A stretch of 64,000 nucleotides of DNA from the human T2T-CHM13v2.0 reference genome, Homo sapiens. Numbering within the stretch: position 1 is the first letter of the stretch; each line of letters begins with the position of its first letter. This document shows positions 28,402 through 42,612 of the stretch, piece after piece. Below the pieces are notes generated by a model. It was given only the letters and a program-made list of their open reading frames with translations, had not been told where the DNA came from and did no database searches. A program made the translations under genes and the position numbers. Where the stretch lies: NCBI RefSeq assembly GCF_009914755.1, contig NC_060948.1; one strand, written 5' to 3'.

Positions 28402-31400
28402 ACGGAATGGAATGGACAGCCACGGAATGGAATGCACTCGAATGCAATGGAGTCGAAACTAATGGACTGGAATAGAATGGACTCTACTGGTACGGACTCC
28501 AATGGAATGGAATCGAATGGAAGGGAATCGAACGGAATGGACTCGAAGGGAAAAGACTGCAATGGAAAGGTCTCGAATGGAATGGAAATTAATGGAATGG
28601 AATGGAATCGAATGAAATGGAGTCAAAAGGAATGGAATCGAATGGCAAGAAATCGAATGTAATGGAATCGCAAGGAATTGATGTGAACGGAACGGAATGG
28701 AATGGAATCCAAAGGAATGGAATAGAATGGAATGGAATCGAATGGAAAGGACTCGAATGGAAATCACTCGAATAGAATGCAATTTAATAAAATAGGATCA
28801 AATGTAATGGAATGGAATGGAAAGGAATCGAAACGAAAGGAATGGAGACAGATGGAATGGAATGGAACAGAGAGCAATGGTATAGAATGGAATGGAATCA
28901 TCTGGAAAGGAATTGAATGGAATGGAATAATATGAAATGGAATGGAATGGAATGGAATGGAATGCCCTTGAATTAAATGGACTGGAATGGAATGGACTCG
29001 AACAGAGTGGAATGGAAAGTGTTGAGATAGAATGGAATGGACTCCTTTGGAATGGTGTAGTATGCAATGCAATCGACTGGCAGGGAATCAAAAGGAATGT
29101 AATGGAATGGATTGGACTGGAATGCAATGGACTCGAATAGATTGCAAACGGAATGCAAAGGAATGGAATGGAATAGTATGGAATGGAATGGAAAGGAATG
29201 GAGTGGAATAGACTAGAGTGGAATGGAATGGACTGGAAAGAAATGGACTGGAATGGAACTTTCTTGAATGGACTGGAATCAAACGGAATGGAATGTAATG
29301 CAATCAAATGGCATGGAATAAAATAGAATGAAAGAGAATCAAATGGAATTGAATCGAATGGAATCGAATGGATTGGAAAGGAATAGAATGGAATGGAATG
29401 GAATGGACTCAAATGGAATGGACTAGAATGGAATGGATTCGAATGGAAGGCAAAGGAATGGAATCTATGGGAATGGACTGTAATGGAATGGAATGGAAGG
29501 GATTGGAATGGACTCGAATGGAATGGACTGCAATAGAAAGGATTCGAATGGAATGAAAAAGAATTGAATGGAATAGAACAGAATGGAATCAAATCGAATG
29601 AAATGGAATGGAATAGAAAGGAATGGAATGAAATGGAATGGAAAGGATTCGAATGGAATGCAATCGAATGGAATGGAGTCGAACGGAATGGAATAAAATG
29701 GAAGAAAACTGGCAAGAAATGGAATCGAAATGAATGGAGTGTTATGGAACGGACTCAAAAGGAATTGAATGTAATAGAATGGAGTGGAGTGGACTCGAAT
29801 ATAATGGACTGGAATGGAATGAAATCACATGGAATGGGAACGAATGGAATGGAATGGAAAGGAATGGAATCGAATGGAAAGGAATCGAATGGAAGGGAAT
29901 GAAATTGAATCAACAGGAATGGAAGGGAATAGAATAGACGGTAATGGAATGGACTCGAATAGAATGGACACGAATGCTCAAATTGAATGGACTCGAATGG
30001 AATGGAAACGAAAGGAATGTCATCGAATGGAATTGAATCGATTGGAATGAAATCGCATAGAATGGAGTGGAATCAAATGGAATTGAATCGAAAGGAAAGG
30101 AAGCGAATGGACTGAAATGAAATGGAATGGAATTGAATGGAAAGTAATGCAATGGAATAGAATGGAACGAAATTTCACGGAATGGAATCAAACTGAATGG
30201 AATCAAATCAATGGAATCTAATCAAATGGAATGGAAAGGAATTGAATGGAGTAGATTGGATTGGATGGGATTGGAATGAAATGTACTGGAAAGGACTCGA
30301 ATTTCATGAAACGGAATGGAATGAATTGGAATGGAATGGACTAGAATGGAATGGAATGTCATGGAATGGCATCAAATGGAATGGCATCAAATGGAATGGA
30401 ATCGAATGCAATGGAATGCTATGGAATGGAATGGAATGCATTGGAATGGAATGTCCTCTAATGGAATGGATTCGAGTGGAATGGAATCGAATATAATGGA
30501 GTCGAATGAAATGGAATTGAAAGGAATGGGATCGAATACAATGGAATATACTGGAATGTAATGTAATGAACTCGAATGTAATTGACTGGAATGGAATGTA
30601 CATGAATGGAATGTAATCGAATGGAAAGTAATCCAATGGAATAGAATCTAATGCAATAAAATCGACTCAGATAGAGTAGAATGTAATGGAATGGAGTGCA
30701 GTGCAATGGAATGGAATGGAATGGAATGCAATTGAATGGAATGGAATGGAATGGAATGGAATGGAATGGGATGGAATGGTATGGAATGGATAGTAATGGA
30801 CTGGAGTGAAATGGACTGGAAAGGAATGGACTCAAATTGAAAGGGCTCGAAAGGAATGGAGTCAAATGGAATGGTCTGGAATGGAATGAACACGAATGTA
30901 ATGCAATCCAATAGAATGGAATCGAATGGCATGGAATATAAAGAAATGGAATCGGAGAGAATGGAAACAAATGGAATGGAATTGAATGGAATGGAATTGA
31001 ATGGAATGGGAACGAATGGAGTGAAATTGTATGCAGTAGAAGGGAATAGAATGGAATGCAAGCGAAAGGAAAGGAATGGATTGGAATGGAATGGAATTCA
31101 TTGGAATGGAAGGGAATGTAGTGTAATGGACAGGCCTGGAATAAAGTGGAATGCTACGGTCTCGAATGGAATAAAAATGTATGGAATGGAATGCAATGAA
31201 ATGGAATCGAATGTCATAGAATGTAATGGAATGCAACAAAATGGAATCCAAAATCATTGACTGGAAAGGCTGGGTGTCGAAAGGAATTGACTCCAATGGA
31301 ATGGAATCGAATGGAATGGAAGTGAATAGAATCGAACTAAATCGAATGCAATGGAATTGATAGGAACGGAATGGAAAGGAATGCAATGATTTGGCATGGA

Positions 31401-31960
31401 ATGGAATCGAATGGCATCGAATGGAATGGAATGGAATGCAATGGAATGGAATGTATTAGAATGTAATGAACTTTAATGGAATGTACTCGAATGGATTCGA
31501 CTGGAATGGAATGTTCTGGAAGTGATTGGACTCCAATGGAATGGATTCCAAAGGAATGGAATCGTACGGAATGGAATCTAATGGAATGGAATTAAATGGA
31601 AATGAATCAAATTGAATAGCACGGAATTGAATTGAATGGAATGGAATGCAATGGAATCTAATGAAACGGAAAGGAAAGGAATGGAATGGAATGGAATGGG
31701 CTGGAATGGAAAGGAATCGAAACGAATGGAATGGAATCGAACTGAAGAGACTGGAATGGAATGCACTGGAATGGAAGGGAGTGTAATGGAAGGTTCTCGA
31801 AAAAAATGGAATCGAATGGAATGGAATTGAATGGAACGGAATAGAGTCGAATGGAATTGAATGGAATGGAATGGACTAGAGTGAAATGGAATCGAACCAC
31901 AAGGAATGGACAGGAATAGAATGGTCTCGAATTGAATGGGATCATATGGAATGGCATCAA
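28402..31960 (+). repeat. DYZ1 unit 9 (3559 bp)
   Basis: Anchor recurs at 28402. Confidence 0.9.
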
Positions 31961-34900
31961 ACGGAATGGAATGGACAGCCACGGAATGGAATGCACTCGA
32001 ATGCAATGGAGTCGAAACTAATGGACTGGAATAGAATGGACTCGACTGGTACGGACTCCAATGGAATGGAATCGAATGGAAGGGAATCGAACGGAATGGA
32101 CTCGAAGGGAAAAGACTGCAATGGAAAGGTCTCGAATGGAATGGAAATTAATGGAATGGAATGGAATCGAATGAAATGGAGTCAAAAGGAATGGAATCGA
32201 ATGGCAAGAAATCGAATGTAATGGAATCGCAAGGAATTGATGTGAACGGAATGGAATGGAATGGAATCCAAAGGAATGGAATAGAATGGAATGGAATCGA
32301 ATGGAAAGGACTCGAATGGAAATCACTCGAATAGAATGCAATTTAATAAAATAGGATCAAATGTAATGGAATGGAATGGAAAGGAATCGAAACGAAAGGA
32401 ATGGAGACAGATGGAATGGAATGGAACAGAGAGCAATGGTATAGAATGGAATGGAATCATCTGGAATGGAATTGAATGGAATGGAATAATATGAAATGGA
32501 ATGGAATGGAATGGAATGGAATGCCCTTGAATTAAATGGACTGGAATGGAATGGACTCGAACAGAGTGGAATGGAAAGTGTTGAGATAGAATGGAATGGA
32601 CTCCTTTGGAATGGTGTAGTATGCAATGCAATCGACTGGCAGGGAATCAAAAGGAATGTAATCGAATGGACTGGACTGGAATGCAATGGACTCGAATAGA
32701 TTGGAAACGGAATGCAAAGGAATGGAATGGAATAGTATGGAATGGAATGGAAAGGAATGGAGTGGAATAGACTAGAGTGGAATGGAATGGACTGGAAAGC
32801 AATGGACTGGAATGGAACTTTCTTGAATGGACTGGAATCAAACGGAATGGAATGCAATGCAATCAAATGGCATGGAATAAAATAGAATGAAAGAGAATCG
32901 AATGGAATTGAATCGAATGGAATCGAATGGATTGGAAAGGAATAGAATGGAATGGAATTGAATGGACTCAAATGGAATGGACTAGAATGGAATGGATTCG
33001 AATGGAAGGCAAAGGAATGGAATCTATTGGAATGGACTGTAATGGAATGGAATGGAAGGGATTGGAATGGACTCGAATGGAATGGACTGCAATAGAAAGG
33101 ATTCGAATGGAATGAAAAAGAATTGAATGGAATAGAACAGAATGGAATCAAATCGAATGAAATGGAATGGAATAGAAAGGAATGGAATGAAATGGAATGG
33201 AAAGGATTCGAATGGAATGCAATCGAATGGAATGGAATCGAACGGAATGGAATAAAATGGAAGAAAACTGGCAAGAAATGGAATCGAAATGAATGGAGTG
33301 TTATGGAACGGACTCAAAAGGAATTGAATGTAATAGAATGGAGTGGAGTGGACTCGAATATAATGGACTGGAATGGAATGAAATCACATGGAATGGGAAC
33401 GAATGGAATGGAATGGAAAGGAATGGAATCGAATGGAAAGGAATCGAATGGAAGGGAATGAAATTGAATCAACAGGAATGGAAGGGAATAGAATAGACGG
33501 TAATGGAATGGACTCGAATAGAATGGACACGAATGCTCAAATTGAATGGACTCGAATGGAATGGAAACGAAAGGAATGTCATCGAATGGAATTGAATCGA
33601 TTGGAATGAAATCGCATAGAATGGAGTGGAATCAAATGGAATTGAATCGAAAGGAAAGGAAGCGAATGGACTGAAATGAAATGGAATGGAATTGAATGGA
33701 AAGTAATGCAATGGAATAGAATGGAACGAAATTTCACGGAATGGAATCAAACTGAATGGAATCAAATCAATGGAATCAAATCAAATGGAATGGAAAGGAA
33801 TTGAATGGAGTAGATTGGATTGGATGGGATTGGAATGAAATGTACTGGAAAGGACTCGAATTTCATGAAACGGAATGGAATGAATTGGAACGGAATGGAC
33901 TCGAATGGAATGGAATGTCATGGAATGGCATCAAATGGAATGGCATCAAATGGAATGGAATCGAATGCAATGGAATGCTATGGAATGGAATGGAATGCAT
34001 TGGAATGGAATGTCCTCTAATGGAATGGATTCGAGTGGAATGGAATCGAATATAATGGAGTCGAATGAAATGGAATTGAAAGGAATGGGATCGAATACAA
34101 TGGAATATACTGGAATGTAATGTAATGAACTCGAATGTAATTGACTGGAATGGAATGTACATGAATGGAATGTAATCGAATGGAAAGTAATCCAATGGAA
34201 TAGAATCTAATGCAATAAAATCGACTCAGATAGAGTAGAATGTAATGGAATGGAGTGCAGTGCAATGGAATGGAATGGAATGGAATGCAATGGAATGGAA
34301 TGGAATGGAATGGGATGGAATGGTATGGAATGGACAGTAATGGACTGGAGTGAAATGGACTGGAAAGGAATGGACTCAAATTGAAAGGGCTCGATAGGAA
34401 TAGAGACAAATGGAATGGTCTGGAATGGAATGAACACGAATGTAATGCAATCCAATAGAATGGAGTCGAATGGCATGGAATATAAAGAAATGGAATCGAA
34501 GAGAATGGAAACAAATGGAATGGAATTGAATGGAATGGAATTGAATGGAATGGGAACGAATGGAGTGAAATTGTATGCAGTAGAAGAGAATAGAATGGAA
34601 TGCAAGCGAAAGGAAAGGAATGGATTGGAATGGAATGGAATTCATTGGAATGGAAGGGAATGTAGTGTAATGGACAGGCCTGGAATAAAGTGGAATGCTA
34701 CGGTCTCGAATGGAATAAAAATGTATGGAATGGAATGCAATGAAACGGAATCGAATGTCATAGAATGTAATGGAATGCAAAAAAATGGAATCCAAAATCA
34801 TTGACTGGAAAGGCTGGGTGTCGAAAGGAATTGACTCCAATGGAATGGAATCGAATGGAATGGAAGTGAATAGAATCGAACTAAATCGAATGGAATGGAA

Positions 34901-35504
34901 TTGATAGGAACGGAATGGAAAGGAATGCAATGATTTGGCATGGAATGGAATCGAATGGCATCGAATGGAATGGAATGGAATGCAATGGAATGGAATGTAT
35001 TAGAATGTAATGAACTTTAATGGAATGTACTCGAATGGATTCGACTGGAATGGAATGTTCTGGAAGTGAATGGACTCCAATGGAATGGATTCAAAAGGAA
35101 TGGAATCGTACGGAATGGAATCTAATGGAATGGAATTAAATGGAAATGAATCAAATTGAATAGCACGGAATTGAATTGAATGGAATGGAATGCAATGGAA
35201 TCTAATGAAACGGAAAGGAAAGGAATGGAATGGAATGGAATGGGCTGGAATGGAAAGGAATCGAAACGAATGGAATGGAATCGAACTGAAGAGACTGGAA
35301 TGGAATGCACTGGAATGGAAGGGAGTGTAATGGAAGGTTCTCGAAAAAAATGGAATCGAATGGAATGGAATTGAATGGAACGGAATAGAGTCGAATGGAA
35401 TTGAATGGAATGGAATGGACTAGAGTGAAATGGAATCGAACCACAAGGAATGGACAGGAATAGAATGGTCTCGAATTGAATGGGATCGTATGGAATGGCA
35501 TCAA
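31961..35504 (+). repeat. DYZ1 unit 10 (3544 bp)
   Basis: Anchor recurs at 31961. First half like unit 8, second half like unit 5. Confidence 0.9.
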
Positions 35505-38500
35505 ACGGAATGGAATGGACAGCCACGGAATGGAATGCACTCGAATGCAATGGAGTCGAAACTAATGGACTGGAATAGAATGGACTCGACTGGTACGGAC
35601 TCCAATGGAATGGAATCGAATGAAAGGGAATCGAACGGAATGGACTCGAAGGGAAAAGACTGCAATGGAAAGGTCTCGAATGGAATGGAAATTAATGGAA
35701 TGGAATGGAATCGAATGAAATGGAGTCAAAAGGAATGGAATCGAATGGCAAGAAATCGAATGTAATGGAATCGCAAGGAATTGATGTGAACGGAACGGAA
35801 TGGAATGGAATCCAAAGGAATGGAATAGAATGGAATGGAATCGAATGGAAAGGACTCGAATGGAAATCACTCGAATAGAATGCAATTTAATAAAATAGGA
35901 TCAAATGTAATGTAATGGAATGGAAAGGAATCGAAACGAAAGGAATGGAGACAGATGGAATGGAATGGAACAGAGAGCAATGGTATAGAATGGAATGGAA
36001 TCATCTGGAATGGAATTGAATGGAATGGAATAATATGAAATGGAATGGAATGGAATGGAATGGAATGCCCTTGAATTAAATGGACTGGAATCGAACAGAG
36101 TGGAATGGAAAGTGTTGAGATAGAATGGAATGGACTCTTTTGGAATGGTGTAGTATGCAATGCAATCGACTGGTATGGAATCAAAAGGAATGTAATGGAA
36201 TGGATTGGACTGGAATGCAATGGACTCGAATAGATTGGAAACGGAATGCAAAGGAATGGAATGGAATAGTATGGAATTTAATGGAAAGGAATGGAGTGGA
36301 ATAGACTAGAGTGGAATGGAATGGACTGGAAAGAAATGGACTGGAATGGAACTTTCTTGAATGGACTGGAATCAAACGGAATGGAATGCAATGCAATCAA
36401 ATGGCATGGAATAAAATAGAATGAAAGAGAATCAAATGGAATTGAATCGAATGGAATCGAATGGATTGGAAAGGAATAGAATGGAATGGAATGGAATGGA
36501 CTCAAATGGAATGGACTAGAATGGAATGGATTCGAATGGAAGGCAAAGGAATGGAATCTATTGGAATGGACTGTAATGGAATGGAATGGAAGGGATTGGA
36601 ATGGACTCGAATGGAATGGACTGCAATAGAAAGGATTCGAATGGAATGAAAAAGAATTGAATGGAATAGAACAGAATGGAATCAAATCGAATGAAATGGA
36701 ATGGAATAGAAAGGAATGGAATGAAATGGAATGGAAAGGACTCGAATGGAATGCAATCGAATGGAATGGAGTCGAACGGAATGGAATAAAATGGAAGAAA
36801 ACTGGCAAGAAATGGAATCGAAATGAATGGAGTGTTATGGAACGGACTCAAAAGGAATTGAATGTAATAGAATGGAGTGGAGTGGACTCGAATATAATGG
36901 ACTGGAATGGAATGAAATCACATGGAATGGGAACGAATGGAATGGAATGGAAAGGAATGGAATCGAATGGAAAGGAATCGAATGGAAGGGAATGAAATTG
37001 AATCAACAGGAATGGAAGGGAATAGAATAGACGGTAATGGAATGGACTCGAATAGAATGGACACGAATGCTCAAATTGAATGGACTCGAATGGAATGGAA
37101 ACGAAAGGAATGTCATCGAATGGAATTGAATCGATTGGAATGAAATCGCATAGAATGGAGTGGAATCAAATGGAATTGAATCGAAAGGAAAGGAAGCGAA
37201 TGGACTGAAATGAAATGGAATGGAATTGAATGGAAAGTAATGCAATGGAATAGAATGGAACGAAATTTCACGGAATGGAATCAAACTGAATGGAATCAAA
37301 TCAATGGAATCAAATCAAATGGAATGGAAAGGAATTGAATGGAGTAGATTGGATTGGATGGGATTGGAATGAAATGTACTGGAAAGGACTCGAATTTCAT
37401 GAAACGGAATGGAATGAATTGGAACGGAATGGACTCGAATGGAATGGAATGTCATGGAATGGCATCAAATGGAATGGCATCAAATGGAATGGAATCGAAT
37501 GCAATGGAATGCTATGGAATGGAATGGAATGCATTGGAATGGAATGTCCTCTAATGGAATGGATTCGAGTGGAATGGAATCGAATATAATGGAGTCGAAT
37601 GAAATGGAATTGAAAGGAATGGGATCGAATACAATGGAATATACTGGAATGTAATGTAATGAACTCGAATGTAATTGACTGGAATGGAATGTACATGAAT
37701 GGAATGTAATCGAATGGAAAGTAATCCAATGGAATAGAATCTAATGCAATAAAATCGACTCAGATAGAGTAGAATGTAATGGAATGGAGTGCAGTGCAAT
37801 GGAATGGAATGGAATGGAATGCAATGGAATGGAATGGAATGGAATGGAATGGAATGGGATGGAATGGTATGGAATGGATAGTAATGGACTGGAGTGAAAT
37901 GGACTGGAAAGGAATGGACTCAAATTCAAAGGGCTCGAAAGGAATGGAGTCAAATGGAATGGTCTGGAATGGAATGAACACGAATGTAATGCAATCCAAT
38001 AGAATGGAATCGAATGGCATGGAATATAAAGAAATGGAATCGAAGAGAATGGAAACAAATGGAATGGAATTGAATGGAATGGAATTGAATGGAATGGGAA
38101 CGAATGGAGTGAAATTGTATGCAGTAGAAGGGAATAGAATGGAATGCAAGCGAAAGGAAAGGAATGGATTGGAATGGAATGGAATTCATTGGAATGGAAG
38201 GGAATGTAGTGTAATGGACAGGCCTGGAATAAAGTGGAATGCTACGGTCTCGAATGGAATAAAAATGTATGGAATGGAATGCAATGAAACGGAATCGAAT
38301 GTCATAGAATGTAATGGAATGCAAAAAAATGGAATCCAAAATCATTGACTGGAAAGGCTGGGTGTCGAAAGGAATTGACTCCAATGGAATGGAATCGAAT
38401 GGAATGGAAGTGAATAGAATCGAACTAAATCGAATGGAATGGAATTGATAGGAACGGAATGGAAAGGAATGCAATGATTTGGCATGGAATGGAATCGAAT

Positions 38501-39048
38501 GGCATCGAATGGAATGGAATGGAATGCAATGGAATGGAATGTATTAGAATGTAATGAACTTTAATGGAATGTACTCGAATGGATTCGACTGGAATGGAAT
38601 GTTCTGGAAGTGAATGGACTCCAATGGAATGGATTCAAAAGGAATGGAATCGTACGGAATGGAATCTAATGGAATGGAATTAAATGGAAATGAATCAAAT
38701 TGAATAGCACGGAATTGAATTGAATGGAATGGAATGCAATGGAATCTAATGAAACGGAAAGGAAAGGAATGGAATGGAATGGAATGGGCTGGAATGGAAA
38801 GGAATCGAAACGAATGGAATGGAATCGAACTGAAGAGACTGGAATGGAATGCACTGGAATGGAAGGGAGTGTAATGGAAGGTTCTCGAAAAAAATGGAAT
38901 CGAATGGAATGGAATTGAATGGAACGGAATAGAGTCGAATGGAATTGAATGGAATGGAATGGACTAGAGTGAAGTGGAATCGAACCACAAGGAATGGACA
39001 GGAATAGAATGGTCTCGAATTGAATGGAATCGTATGGAATGGCATCAA
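35505..39048 (+). repeat. DYZ1 unit 11 (3544 bp)
   Basis: Anchor recurs at 35505. Confidence 0.9.
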
Positions 39049-42000
39049 ACGGAATGGAATGGACAGCCACGGAATGGAATGCACTCGAATGCAATGGAGT
39101 CGAAACTAATGGACTGGAATAGAATGGACTCTACTGGTACGGACTCCAATGGAATGGAATCGAATGGAAGGGAATCGAACGGAATGGACTCGAAGGGAAA
39201 AGACTGCAATGGAAAGGTCTCGAATGGAATGGAAATTAATGGAATGGAATGGAATCGAATGAAATGGAGTCAAAAGGAATGGAATCGAATGGCAAGAAAT
39301 CGAATGTAATGGAATCGCAAGGAATTGATGTGAACGGAACGGAATGGAATGGAATCCAAAGGAATGGAATAGAATGGAATGGAATCGAATGGAAAGGACT
39401 CGAATGGAAATCACTCGAATAGAATGCAATTTAATAAAATAGGATCAAATGTAATGGAATGGAATGGAAAGGAATCGAAACGAAAGGAATGGAGACAGAT
39501 GGAATGGAATGGAACAGAGAGCAATGGTATAGAATGGAATGGAATCATCTGGAAAGGAATTGAATGGAATGGAATAATATGAAATGGAATGGAATGGAAT
39601 GGAATGGAATGCCCTTGAATTAAATGGACTGGAATGGAATGGACTCGAACAGAGTGGAATGGAAAGTGTTGAGATAGAATGGAATGGACTCCTTTGGAAT
39701 GGTGTAGTATGCAATGCAATCGACTGGCAGGGAATCAAAAGGAATGTAATGGAATGGATTGGACTGGAATGCAATGGACTCGAATAGATTGCAAACGGAA
39801 TGCAAAGGAATGGAATGGAATAGTATGGAATGGAATGGAAAGGAATGGAGTGGAATAGACTAGAGTGGAATGGAATGGACTGGAAAGAAATGGACTGGAA
39901 TGGAACTTTCTTGAATGGACTGGAATCAAACGGAATGGAATGTAATGCAATCAAATGGCATGGAATAAAATAGAATGAAAGAGAATCAAATGGAATTGAA
40001 TCGAATGGAATCGAATGGATTGGAAAGGAATAGAATGGAATGGAATGGAATGGACTCAAATGGAATGGACTAGAATGGAATGGATTCGAATGGAAGGCAA
40101 AGGAATGGAATCTATGGGAATGGACTGTAATGGAATGGAATGGAAGGGATTGGAATGGACTCGAATGGAATGGACTGCAATAGAAAGGATTCGAATGGAA
40201 TGAAAAAGAATTGAATGGAATAGAACAGAATGGAATCAAATCGAATGAAATGGAATGGAATAGAAAGGAATGGAATGAAATGGAATGGAAAGGATTCGAA
40301 TGGAATGCAATCGAATGGAATGGAGTCGAACGGAATGGAATAAAATGGAAGAAAACTGGCAAGAAATGGAATCGAAATGAATGGAGTGTTATGGAACGGA
40401 CTCAAAAGGAATTGAATGTAATAGAATGGAGTGGAGTGGACTCGAATATAATGGACTGGAATGGAATGAAATCACATGGAATGGGAACGAATGGAATGGA
40501 ATGGAAAGGAATGGAATCGAATGGAAAGGAATCGAATGGAAGGGAATGAAATTGAATCAACAGGAATGGAAGGGAATAGAATAGACGGTAATGGAATGGA
40601 CTCGAATAGAATGGACACGAATGCTCAAATTGAATGGACTCGAATGGAATGGAAACGAAAGGAATGTCATCGAATGGAATTGAATCGATTGGAATGAAAT
40701 CGCATAGAATGGAGTGGAATCAAATGGAATTGAATCGAAAGGAAAGGAAGCGAATGGACTGAAATGAAATGGAATGGAATTGAATGGAAAGTAATGCAAT
40801 GGAATAGAATGGAACGAAATTTCACGGAATGGAATCAAACTGAATGGAATCAAATCAATGGAATCTAATCAAATGGAATGGAAAGGAATTGAATGGAGTA
40901 GATTGGATTGGATGGGATTGGAATGAAATGTACTGGAAAGGACTCGAATTTCATGAAACGGAATGGAATGAATTGGAATGGAATGGACTAGAATGGAATG
41001 GAATGTCATGGAATGGCATCAAATGGAATGGCATCAAATGGAATGGAATCGAATGCAATGGAATGCTATGGAATGGAATGGAATGCATTGGAATGGAATG
41101 TCCTCTAATGGAATGGATTCGAGTGGAATGGAATCGAATATAATGGAGTCGAATGAAATGGAATTGAAAGGAATGGGATCGAATACAATGGAATATACTG
41201 GAATGTAATGTAATGAACTCGAATGTAATTGACTGGAATGGAATGTACATGAATGGAATGTAATCGAATGGAAAGTAATCCAATGGAATAGAATCTAATG
41301 CAATAAAATCGACTCAGATAGAGTAGAATGTAATGGAATGGAGTGCAGTGCAATGGAATGGAATGGAATGGAATGCAATTGAATGGAATGGAATGGAATG
41401 GAATGGAATGGAATGGAATGGGATGGAATGGTATGGAATGGATAGTAATGGACTGGAGTGAAATGGACTGGAAAGGAATGGACTCAAATTGAAAGGGCTC
41501 GAAAGGAATGGAGTCAAATGGAATGGTCTGGAATGGAATGAACACGAATGTAATGCAATCCAATAGAATGGAATCGAATGGCATGGAATATAAAGAAATG
41601 GAATCGGAGAGAATGGAAACAAATGGAATGGAATTGAATGGAATGGAATTGAATGGAATGGGAACGAATGGAGTGAAATTGTATGCAGTAGAAGGGAATA
41701 GAATGGAATGCAAGCGAAAGGAAAGGAATGGATTGGAATGGAATGGAATTCATTGGAATGGAAGGGAATGTAGTGTAATGGACAGGCCTGGAATAAAGTG
41801 GAATGCTACGGTCTCGAATGGAATAAAAATGTATGGAATGGAATGCAATGAAATGGAATCGAATGTCATAGAATGTAATGGAATGCAACAAAATGGAATC
41901 CAAAATCATTGACTGGAAAGGCTGGGTGTCGAAAGGAATTGACTCCAATGGAATGGAATCGAATGGAATGGAAGTGAATAGAATCGAACTAAATCGAATG

Positions 42001-42612
42001 CAATGGAATTGATAGGAACGGAATGGAAAGGAATGCAATGATTTGGCATGGAATGGAATCGAATGGCATCGAATGGAATGGAATGGAATGCAATGGAATG
42101 GAATGTATTAGAATGTAATGAACTTTAATGGAATGTACTCGAATGGATTCGACTGGAATGGAATGTTCTGGAAGTGATTGGACTCCAATGGAATGGATTC
42201 CAAAGGAATGGAATCGTACGGAATGGAATCTAATGGAATGGAATTAAATGGAAATGAATCAAATTGAATAGCACGGAATTGAATTGAATGGAATGGAATG
42301 CAATGGAATCTAATGAAACGGAAAGGAAAGGAATGGAATGGAATGGAATGGGCTGGAATGGAAAGGAACCGAAACGAATGGAATGGAATCGAACTGAAGA
42401 GACTGGAATGGAATGCACTGGAATGGAAGGGAGTGTAATGGAAGGTTCTCGAAAAAAATGGAATCGAATGGAATGGAATTGAATGGAACGGAATAGAGTC
42501 GAATGGAATTGAATGGAATGGAATGGACTAGAGTGAAATGGAATCGAACCACAAGGAATGGACAGGAATAGAATGGTCTCGAATTGAATGGGATCATATG
42601 GAATGGCATCAA
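39049..42612 (+). repeat. DYZ1 unit 12 (3564 bp)
   Basis: Anchor recurs at 39049. Confidence 0.9.
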
